From: an uncultured Opitutales bacterium
Lineage (GTDB): Bacteria; Verrucomicrobiota; Verrucomicrobiia; Opitutales; Intestinicryptomonadaceae
NCBI GenBank assembly: GCA_934613415.1
Contig: CAKTSY010000004.1
Span: 120,001 to 152,000 of the forward strand
Direction of reading: 5' to 3'
Length of the DNA: 32,000 nt
Shown: positions 8,505 to 15,602 of the stretch, piece by piece
Layout: each line of letters begins with the position of its first letter
How positions within the stretch are numbered: the stretch's first letter is position 1
Position numbers and translations under genes: made by a program
The notes under the pieces: generated by a model
The model's database searches: none
Seen by the model: only the letters and a program-made list of their open reading frames with translations
What the model was told of the DNA's origin: nothing

Positions 8505-9887
8505 CTAAAGCAATACCAACGAACCAATGCCCAAAAAGATAAGAAAGCCGCCCGAGTCGGTCAAGCCCGTAGTGAAAATAGAAGAACCCGCTGCAGGGTC
8601 TAGCCCGAACTTTTTTAGCGCAAACGGAATTGCGCAGCCTACAAAGCCGCCCATTGTCATATTCAAAATCATTGCAACCCAAACCACCGCGGCAAAGTCT
8701 AACCTATGGGTTGTAATTACGGCAATTATCGCGCCGAAAAACCCGATTAAAAGACCGTTTAAAAAGCCCTTTAAAGCTTCGGTAACACAAACTTTTGGGG
8801 CGTCGAACAACTCAACTTCGCCCATTGCAAGGGAGCGAACCGTAATGGCCAAAGTTTGCGCGCCGGTGTTGCCGCCAATGCCCGCAATTATGGGCATAAA
8901 CACCGCCAGTAATGCCAAATGCGAAATTTCGTTTTGGAAAGCCCCAACTACCGAGCTTGCAATAAAGGCGGTAAGCAAATTAACCATAAGCCACGGAGCC
9001 CTGCTTTTTATGCTCGAAAATACGCCGTCGAACAAAGTTTCGTCGGCACCGGCACCCGCCATTTTTTGGATATCTTCGGTGCCCTCGTCTACCAAAACGT
9101 CTAAAACGTCGTCGTGGGTAACAACACCCATAAGAACGCCGTCTTCGTCTACAACGGGCAAGGCGTGAAAATTTGTGTCGGCCATAATCTGGGCAACAAG
9201 TTCCTTGTCCATAGTAGGCCTTAATATGCCGATTAAATTTGTGTTCATTATATCTTTAATCAGCGCGTCGTGCCTTGCCAAAACCAAGTCGCGCATAGAA
9301 ATTACGCCAACTAAAACGCCGTTTGCATCTATTACATACAAATAGTGCATGCTTTCGTAGTCGTTTTTTGTTTTGCGCACAAGGCTAATGGCGTCGTCTA
9401 CGGTAACGTCTTCCGACAGGGTTGAAATGTTCGGGTTCATCAAACCCGCGGCAGTGTCGGGGTCGTACTCTAAAAGCTCCCTAACGGTTTCGGCGGTTTC
9501 AGGCTGCGACTCTTCCAAGCAATCCAAAATTCTGTCTCGGTCGGTTTCGTCTAGCTCGCCTACAAGGTCGGCGGCGTCGTCGGGCTCCATCTCGTTAAGC
9601 AGCGAAGCCGCGCGCGATTCCCTCATTTCCGACAAAAGTTCGGCCGAGTCTTCGGGGTTCATTTCCGAAACAACGTCGGAGGCCTTTTCCTCGCTTAACT
9701 TCCTTAAAATTTTGCGCTGGGTGTCTACATCTATTCTCGAAAGGAAGTCCGACAAAACGTGGGGGGGCGTTTCGGCAAGCAATTGGCTTTGGAGCGAATC
9801 CAAAGTACCGTCCTCGTACATCTGAACAAGTGAGAACAGGGAATAACCCATTTCCTTTACGCCGTCGTCTTTTTTGTCGTTATCCAT
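8505..9887 (-). CDS. mgtE: Magnesium transporter MgtE
   Basis: It has an acidic N-domain, a tandem CBS pair (YLYVIDANGVLVGVISMRDL, HALPVVDEDGVLMGVVTHDDVLDVL) and a C-terminal 5-TM domain with IAGIGGNTGAQTLAI. The track start at 9902 is TTG; the ATG at 9887 (MDNDKK) is preferred, but the start remains uncertain. Confidence 0.92.
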   Translation of the reverse strand: MDNDKKDDGVKEMGYSLFSLVQMYEDGTLDSLQSQLLAETPPHVLSDFLSRIDVDTQRKILRKLSEEKASDVVSEMNPEDSAELLSEMRESRAASLLNEMEPDDAADLVGELDETDRDRILDCLEESQPETAETVRELLEYDPDTAAGLMNPNISTLSEDVTVDDAISLVRKTKNDYESMHYLYVIDANGVLVGVISMRDLVLARHDALIKDIMNTNLIGILRPTMDKELVAQIMADTNFHALPVVDEDGVLMGVVTHDDVLDVLVDEGTEDIQKMAGAGADETLFDGVFSSIKSRAPWLMVNLLTAFIASSVVGAFQNEISHLALLAVFMPIIAGIGGNTGAQTLAITVRSLAMGEVELFDAPKVCVTEALKGFLNGLLIGFFGAIIAVITTHRLDFAAVVWVAMILNMTMGGFVGCAIPFALKKFGLDPAAGSSIFTTGLTDSGGFLIFLGIGSLVLL

Positions 9888-10024
9888 CGGTTTTTTGCGC
9901 AAAAATATTTCAGGTAAGTTTTTAAATCATATTCGGTAAAGTAAAAATGCAAAATGCGCGTTTAACAAGATATTTTTGCAAAATTTTGTTGATTGCCCCG
10001 CTTTTTGGCTATTTCATTTTTTTA

Positions 10025-10621
10025 ATGAAGAAAAACACCAAGGCAAAAAGAATATATATGGCGGGCTCGCTTTTTTGCGGAAGGGAAATTTTTGGCAACG
10101 CAGCCCTTGCAGACGAAATCGAAAACTTTTCGGGCAACGCCTATGTTTGCGAATTGCCGCAAAGCTACGAACCTAGAAGCAACGCCCCAAAGGCCGTGCG
10201 CGACTGCGACTATACCCACCTTTTGCAGTGCGACGCCATTCTTGCCGCATTCGACGGGCTAGAACTTGATTCGGGAACAGTTGCCGAATTTATAACCGCC
10301 AAAGTTGCCGATAAACCCGCCATTTTGCTACGCAGCGATTTTAGGATTTCGGGAGACCAAGTTTCGGGGGGCGACCCGTGGAATTTAATGTGCTCGTTCT
10401 ACCCGCGCAGCACAGTATTGCATTTTAATTTTATGCAGGCGTATAAAGATTATTTAAAGGAGAGCAAAAACGCCCTTGCCGCCGCAAATTTGGCAAACAA
10501 AGAATTGGCAAAATTGTGCGTAAAGGCCCTAGACAAGCTTTTTAAGACAAAGCCTATACTTACAAAAAGCGAAAGCCAAAGCGCAAACAAGCTAATAAAA
10601 AAGGCTTTCGATATAAAATAA
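10025..10621 (+). CDS. Nucleoside 2-deoxyribosyltransferase-family protein (PF05014-like) with a helical C-terminal tail
   Basis: The internal ATG at 10025 gives MKKNTKAKRIYMAGSLFCGREIFGN. This matches the family N-terminus (IYLAGPLF...E..N). The LQCDAILAAFDGLELDSGTVAEF block matches cDavvA..dG...DsGTa.E. The 26-codon upstream extension in the track ORF looks spurious. Confidence 0.7.
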   Translation: MKKNTKAKRIYMAGSLFCGREIFGNAALADEIENFSGNAYVCELPQSYEPRSNAPKAVRDCDYTHLLQCDAILAAFDGLELDSGTVAEFITAKVADKPAILLRSDFRISGDQVSGGDPWNLMCSFYPRSTVLHFNFMQAYKDYLKESKNALAAANLANKELAKLCVKALDKLFKTKPILTKSESQSANKLIKKAFDIK

Positions 10622-10638
10622 AGATTCTGCAAAGGCAC

Positions 10639-10680
10639 AAAAAAGGCTCTCCCAGAAGAGGGAAAGCCCTTTTGCTTTTT
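10639..10680. terminator. Bidirectional intrinsic terminator between convergent genes
   Basis: The hairpin is GGCTCTCCC-AGAAGA-GGGAAAGCC (10645-10668, one mismatch). It is flanked by A6 on the left and CTTTTGCTTTTT on the right, between the stops at 10621 (+) and 10695 (-). Confidence 0.6.
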
Positions 10681-10694
10681 ATGCAAAAACTGCC

Positions 10695-12617
10695 CTATTT
10701 CCTGCGGCGGCATGCTGCAAATGCCAAGGCAAGCGCGCCTAATATTGCAGCCCAAGCGGAGGGCTCTGGAACCGAAAACGTCACGGTAAAGTCGTTTTCG
10801 CTTCCGTCGAACAAGGCTTCGTAGCCGTTGTAGTTAAATGTTTTGCCTATAAGGTTTTTCAACGACTCGTTGTATTTTTCGCTGTCTACAAAGCTTATCA
10901 ACAAATAGGTTTCGTCTTCTATAATGTCGCTAAAGCTAAAGTCGCTTGCAAGAATTGTGCCAAGCAACGCGCCGTCTTCCATAACGGTTATTGCAGCGTC
11001 GCTATCATTCAAAACGGTGCAGTCGAAAGCCAATTTGCCGCTTGTAAAGATCAAGCTAGAATCTACGGGAGTAGCCTCTGTACTTCCGCCCAAAACAAGC
11101 GTGCCGCCGTTAAAGGCAAGTGTGCCTCCCTCTATATTTACAGTAGAGCCTTTGCCGTTGTAAAGTTTCGCCTGCCCATTGTCTAGGCTAACGCGGCCGC
11201 GCACGTTTATGGTGGCCGCCGATGTTTTTGCAACAACCGAATTTACGTCGGTAAAGCCGGCTCCAAGCGACATAACCGCCCCGCTTTCTACATTGGCTGT
11301 TCCATATATAATCAGGGCTTTTGCAACCGTTGTAGAAGCCTCCAAATTAAGCGTTGCTTTGCTTGCCACCCACAAGTCGCTCGCAAACGAAGTGTTAGCC
11401 CCGCTTTCTATGCTAAGCGTCGAGCCGTCGTTAACCGAAAAGCCCTTAAACATAGCCGTTGCCCCGTTTTTTATGTTAAGCGTAGAATACGAATTTACAT
11501 TTAAAGCCCCTCCAAGCGCATTTAAAGTTCCGTATACGTTAACTATAGCGCCTTTGCCGTTAAACCTTGTAGTTCCGCCCGTTTGCATGTATGCGCCGTA
11601 AATGTCCAACACCTGCGCGTTGTCGTTGCCAAAAAAGAACGAACCCGATTTCAGCGCAAAAGTTGCCCCGCTTTCTATAACGGCACTGTCTACCTGCAAT
11701 TCGGCGGTGCCCGTGTTTGTGAACGTAGAACCCGTTGCAAACACAAGCTTTTCTATTTGGGTTTTGCTGTGGTTGCCCTTTACAAAATTGGCATAGTCGG
11801 CGGCAACAAAAGTGCCGGCATTTTCCATATTGCCCAAATATACGCTCATTTTGCCGTCGGCGGCATTATAGCTTTTAATGTCGGCAACCATAACATTGCC
11901 AGCGGCTATGGTAGAAGTTTTGCCGTTTGCCGTGTAAACGCCGGCATTTTCGTCTACGCCAATGCGAACTTCTTTTGTATAGTCGCCAAATTTCAGCACG
12001 CCGCCGCTATCCATATTTTGGGCTATCTTTGCCGCGCTAAACAGACCCCTTGTATTGTAGGTTGTTTTTGTTTCCTCGCCGACTTTTTTTGTGCCGTTTG
12101 CCGCCCCTTTTATTGTTATGTTCACATTGCCTTTTGCGGTAAACGTGTCTTTAATAATTAGGTAGTTTGTAGGCCCGATTAAATTGTCGGCAGCAGTAAG
12201 CGAAAATTCGCTTACCGGCCCCGAACGCCACGAAGAACTGTCTTTTGTGTAGTTTATAATTAAATTTGCCCAGGTTTTGTCTGCTCCCCCGTTGTGAGCA
12301 CTGTTCATTAAAGTCGAAACATACGAAGTGCCGTCGTCTAATGTCATATAGTCGGCACCCCTGATGTTTTTGCCCTCCGAAACAAACTCAAAAGCATAGT
12401 CGGTAAAAATTGCGGTGTCGTTTTCGCCGGGAACGGTATTTGCATACGAGGCGTCCTTACCGTTCGATGTATACCAATCCATCTTGTAGTTTGCATAGTT
12501 CGGGTTCATGCCCGACTCCGATGCGGTTGGCGTGGCGCATTGCATAAAGTAATATGTTTCGGCAAACGCGCTTGCCGCCGCCAATGCCGATATAATAAAT
12601 ACTGCCGATTTTTTCAT
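10695..12617 (-). CDS. PEP-CTERM-anchored secreted beta-helix-like surface protein (640 aa)
   Basis: It has a signal peptide (MKKSAVFIISALAAASAFA) and Gly/Asn/Thr/Ser-rich beta-strand repeats. The C-terminal PEP-CTERM signal is SVPEPSAWAAILGALALAFAACRRRK. Confidence 0.9.
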   Translation of the reverse strand: MKKSAVFIISALAAASAFAETYYFMQCATPTASESGMNPNYANYKMDWYTSNGKDASYANTVPGENDTAIFTDYAFEFVSEGKNIRGADYMTLDDGTSYVSTLMNSAHNGGADKTWANLIINYTKDSSSWRSGPVSEFSLTAADNLIGPTNYLIIKDTFTAKGNVNITIKGAANGTKKVGEETKTTYNTRGLFSAAKIAQNMDSGGVLKFGDYTKEVRIGVDENAGVYTANGKTSTIAAGNVMVADIKSYNAADGKMSVYLGNMENAGTFVAADYANFVKGNHSKTQIEKLVFATGSTFTNTGTAELQVDSAVIESGATFALKSGSFFFGNDNAQVLDIYGAYMQTGGTTRFNGKGAIVNVYGTLNALGGALNVNSYSTLNIKNGATAMFKGFSVNDGSTLSIESGANTSFASDLWVASKATLNLEASTTVAKALIIYGTANVESGAVMSLGAGFTDVNSVVAKTSAATINVRGRVSLDNGQAKLYNGKGSTVNIEGGTLAFNGGTLVLGGSTEATPVDSSLIFTSGKLAFDCTVLNDSDAAITVMEDGALLGTILASDFSFSDIIEDETYLLISFVDSEKYNESLKNLIGKTFNYNGYEALFDGSENDFTVTFSVPEPSAWAAILGALALAFAACRRRK

Positions 12618-12901
12618 TTTCTGGTAAGTTGTTATACAATTAGGCTGTTAAGCAAATGCAAAATTGCCCTTCTCGGCGGAAACGACATAACATTTCCTTG
12701 CTGGTGTCAAACGTATTTTGCAAAATTTTTGCAGAAAAGCCCCCATTTGCGGCGCAAATTTATAGTTTTTATACAAATTATTTACCCATCTTATGCTATA
12801 TTTGTAGGTTATGTCTTTATAACGGATAATTTCAAAACAATGCGCAAAAAATTTCTCCTTTTTTGTAAATCGTTTTTAGAAAATTTTAATACGCTTATTT
12901 T

Positions 12902-12911
12902 CAATATATTG
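12902..12911 (+). promoter_or_regulatory. Perfect 10-bp palindrome CAATATATTG, candidate regulator-binding site
   Basis: It sits inside an 18-nt block ATTTTCAATATATTGCAA that recurs identically at 15437-15454 upstream of the paralog. In both copies it ends 31 nt before the poly(A) tract. Confidence 0.4.
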
Positions 12912-12942
12912 CAAACCTCAAAACAAATATCACAATTTATTC

Positions 12943-12957
12943 AAAAAAAAAAAAAAA
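12943..12957 (+). repeat. Homopolymeric A15 tract in the promoter-upstream region
   Basis: I counted 15 consecutive A directly. The tract ends 24 nt before TTGACA. The paralogous copy has A13 with the same flanking spacings. Confidence 0.9.
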
Positions 12958-12981
12958 TAACCTTCAATCGCAAAAAACTTG

Positions 12982-13010
12982 TTGACAATATCAAAGCCAC
13001 AGCGTAGAGT
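12982..13010 (+). promoter_or_regulatory. Candidate sigma70-type promoter (TTGACA-N17-TAGAGT) for the 701-aa PEP-CTERM gene
   Basis: The -35 is a perfect TTGACA at 12982-12987, followed by a 17-nt spacer and TAGAGT at 13005-13010. An alternative downstream candidate is TTGCCA-N18-TATATA at 13012-13041. The transcription start is not resolvable from sequence. Confidence 0.4.
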
Positions 13011-13066
13011 TTTGCCAATATAACCTTAGGTTTGCTATATACTTACAAAAAAACAACAAAAAGACT

Positions 13067-15172
13067 ATGAAAATATCGGCAATAAAAACACTATCGGCTG
13101 CGGCGTTTTTGGCGGCGGCTTCGTTCTCGTATGCGGATACTTTGTATTTTATGCAGGGTTTCCCGTCTGGCAACAGCTCTAGTTTAAGCGACGGCGCTTG
13201 CTTTTTCGACAGCAACGATGTTAGCGTGGCAAAAAAGTCGCACCTGCCAACCGAAAACGATACGCTGATTTTCGCCAACTACGAATTTAACGCAACAACA
13301 TTAGACAAAACTGTTAATCCGCCCGATGGTCGTTATTACGACACAATTGCAAGCGGCGCGAAAATTTGCAGCCTAACAGACTCAGTACACAACGGACAAC
13401 TTCCCCTTACGGTAGAAAACCTTTATTTCTCGCTTAGTTCCGACTACAAACACCGCGGCAACGACAACGGCACATTACAAACAACCCCCCGCAAAAGTTT
13501 CGGCGTTTATGCATTTTGCGATGATTTAAGCAAAGTTGCCACAAACAACGTAATTACAATTAAAAACCTTTTAAAGGTAGACGGCGGCAAAAGCTTTTTC
13601 ATTCGCGGCAACAACAACGGAAAAAATTACTTACCGAAGCTTCAAATTGGCCAGCTGCAGATGACCGACGGCGCCACTTTGGAAGGCTACAAAACCTCGT
13701 TGGCTTTAGACAACTTTACAAGCACTGTAAACTTGGGCGTAAACGAGGCGGGCAATGCGGCAAACGGCAAAACCTCGCTTGTTGGCGAAAACACCCATTT
13801 GCAGCTGGGAACTTCCGACACAGCAAGAAGAGCAACAGGCGACACGCTTGTAAACTTGGGTTCTATAGACAACAAGGGCTCTATGGCTGTAGGCACTCAG
13901 GTAGACACCTTCAATTCGTACGGCACCTTTAACCACACCGGCACAGACCTTAACATTGCGGCAAAAGCGGCAAACTTTTACGGCGACGTTATTATGAATG
14001 CCACAAACGTAGGCAATTCGCAAAGCGAAAGCTCCTACTCGCACGAATTTGTTTCGACAAATACAACGGCACATGTATACGGCACTTTAACCGTAGACAA
14101 CGGCAACGTTACAAGCTCTACTTCCGCAAAACGCCACTACAACGTAGCGGCCCGCAACACCACCATAGAAGAGGGAGCTACCGCAACAATCACCAGAACC
14201 GGAGCAGGCAACGTAACACTGGCTTTCACGGGCGACAGCGCAAACTACGGCACAATTATTTTAAGCGGCGGCACATACAACTCGTATTTGGCTATGATGG
14301 ACGCCACATCGTTTAAGGGCGGCGACAATTCGTTGATCAAGCTTGGAAACGGCGGCGGCACAATATACTTTGCAAATTCGAACGGCTCGCCCACTGCCAC
14401 GGTAAACACAGAATTGGGCAATGTAGACGGCGAGGGGCGCACGGTATCGCGCGGCAATTCCTACAACGACGCCAGCGTAATTATAGGCACTAACAATGTT
14501 TCGCAGCTGTTCGATGCAAACTTGTCTTTGCAAAACGGCGGCAACTCTGGTCGCGACGGCAGATTGTATGTTACAAAACAAGGCAAATCTTGGCAGCGTA
14601 TTTACGGCAACGACAGCAACTACACGGGAACAACCACGGTTAACGACGGCGCATTGTTCATCAACAAAGTAAGAAGAAACCAAGCTTCAAGTGCCGACAA
14701 TGGCTTAAGCACAGTTGTAACCGTAAACGGCGGCTACTTTGGCAGCGCGGGTTCTACATGTATTGTAGACGGCATCAGTCTAAGCGGCGGCAAATTGTTG
14801 TATAACTTCGACTTTGGCACCGGTGTTCAGATTACAATGAAAGATTCGTCTGCAATTCTCACCAGCATTTTGGCAAGCGACTTTGCATTTGCAAACGCCA
14901 CTTCCGTAATTGGAACTGCAGTAGACTTGTTCTGGTTCGACGGCGACGCTGTTGAAAGCATTGGCACACAGCTGCAGGCCATTATAGACAACGAACAAAA
15001 CGGCAAATACGAGTTTGTAGACGTAAAAACTGGCAATACCTACTATGCAGAATTCTCGTCGGAAGACCCAACCGTATTTTCGGTGACATTGTCGGTTCCC
15101 GAACCCTCAACTTGGGCTGCAATATTCGGCGCACTTGCCTTGGCATTTGCAATCTACCGCCGCAGAAAATAA
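13067..15172 (+). CDS. PEP-CTERM-anchored surface protein with PATR-like beta-helix repeats (701 aa), tandem paralog 1
   Basis: It has a signal peptide (MKISAIKTLSAAAFLAAASFSYA), a PATR-like unit (SNYTGTTTVNDGALFI) and the C-terminal signal SVPEPSTWAAIFGALALAFAIYRRRK. Confidence 0.92.
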   Translation: MKISAIKTLSAAAFLAAASFSYADTLYFMQGFPSGNSSSLSDGACFFDSNDVSVAKKSHLPTENDTLIFANYEFNATTLDKTVNPPDGRYYDTIASGAKICSLTDSVHNGQLPLTVENLYFSLSSDYKHRGNDNGTLQTTPRKSFGVYAFCDDLSKVATNNVITIKNLLKVDGGKSFFIRGNNNGKNYLPKLQIGQLQMTDGATLEGYKTSLALDNFTSTVNLGVNEAGNAANGKTSLVGENTHLQLGTSDTARRATGDTLVNLGSIDNKGSMAVGTQVDTFNSYGTFNHTGTDLNIAAKAANFYGDVIMNATNVGNSQSESSYSHEFVSTNTTAHVYGTLTVDNGNVTSSTSAKRHYNVAARNTTIEEGATATITRTGAGNVTLAFTGDSANYGTIILSGGTYNSYLAMMDATSFKGGDNSLIKLGNGGGTIYFANSNGSPTATVNTELGNVDGEGRTVSRGNSYNDASVIIGTNNVSQLFDANLSLQNGGNSGRDGRLYVTKQGKSWQRIYGNDSNYTGTTTVNDGALFINKVRRNQASSADNGLSTVVTVNGGYFGSAGSTCIVDGISLSGGKLLYNFDFGTGVQITMKDSSAILTSILASDFAFANATSVIGTAVDLFWFDGDAVESIGTQLQAIIDNEQNGKYEFVDVKTGNTYYAEFSSEDPTVFSVTLSVPEPSTWAAIFGALALAFAIYRRRK

Positions 15173-15198
15173 CCGCTTAGGTTAATATTAACAAAAAG

Positions 15199-15226
15199 GG
15201 CTTTCCATTTAGGAAAGCCTTTTTTT
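15199..15226 (+). terminator. Intrinsic terminator after paralog 1
   Basis: GGCTTTCC-ATTTA-GGAAAGCC followed by T7, about 27 nt after the stop at 15172. Confidence 0.75.
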
Positions 15227-15440
15227 ACGCCCAAAACAACCCAATAAAAACACGCAACATATTTATAATTAGCCCAATGTAGATTATTTGCCAATTTGCC
15301 CAAAGCTTTTTGGCAACATTTGCGGCTTTTTTCAAGATTTTACAAATATTGCGGCTTTTTTGCGCTCGTATTTGCGCGCCCATACCGCAAAAACGCCAAA
15401 GGCATTTCACAAAGACATTTTTTTGCAACTTTCGCATTTT

Positions 15441-15450
15441 CAATATATTG
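15441..15450 (+). promoter_or_regulatory. Second copy of the palindrome CAATATATTG
   Basis: It lies in the same 18-nt block as at 12897-12914 and ends 31 nt before the poly(A) tract. Confidence 0.4.
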
Positions 15451-15481
15451 CAAGCATAAATTACCATATTACAACCTATTC

Positions 15482-15494
15482 AAAAAAAAAAAAA
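15482..15494 (+). repeat. Homopolymeric A13 tract in the promoter-upstream region
   Basis: I counted 13 consecutive A directly. The tract ends 24 nt before TTGACA at 15519. Confidence 0.9.
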
Positions 15495-15518
15495 TAGCCT
15501 GCAAACCCAAAAAATAAT

Positions 15519-15547
15519 TTGACAATTTTTTGCACATAACATAACTT
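15519..15547 (+). promoter_or_regulatory. Candidate sigma70-type promoter (TTGACA-N17-TAACTT) for the 724-aa PEP-CTERM gene
   Basis: The -35 is a perfect TTGACA at 15519-15524 and the -10 at N17 is weak. An alternative is TTGCAC-N15-TATGTT (15530-15556), which aligns with the alternative promoter of paralog 1. Confidence 0.35.
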
Positions 15548-15602
15548 AGCTATGTTAAAAAATTTTTAGTACTGTAATTTTTACATTTACAACAGAAACA
15601 CT

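Noticed and set aside
9888-10024. A possible M-box (ykoK) magnesium riboswitch in the mgtE leader.
   Set aside because: Only about 120-135 nt of AT-rich sequence is available, shared with a divergent gene. I could find none of the GC-rich helices or conserved M-box core.
12540-13007. A 155-aa ORF spanning the divergent intergenic region between two PEP-CTERM genes, and an 80-aa ORF at 15225-15467 in the second intergenic region.
   Set aside because: Both are AT-rich with Lys/Phe/Ile-rich nonsense-like translations. The first overlaps the 5' end of the 640-aa gene and runs through the poly(A) tract. Neither has a Shine-Dalgarno. The two homologous intergenic regions do not conserve these reading frames.
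12618-15602. An invertible promoter (shufflon or fim-switch type) or a diversity-generating retroelement driving variation of the PEP-CTERM paralogs.
   Set aside because: No inverted repeats flank either intergenic region. The window contains no recombinase, integrase or reverse transcriptase gene and no template-repeat/variable-repeat pair. Divergence between the paralogs is not restricted to adenine positions.
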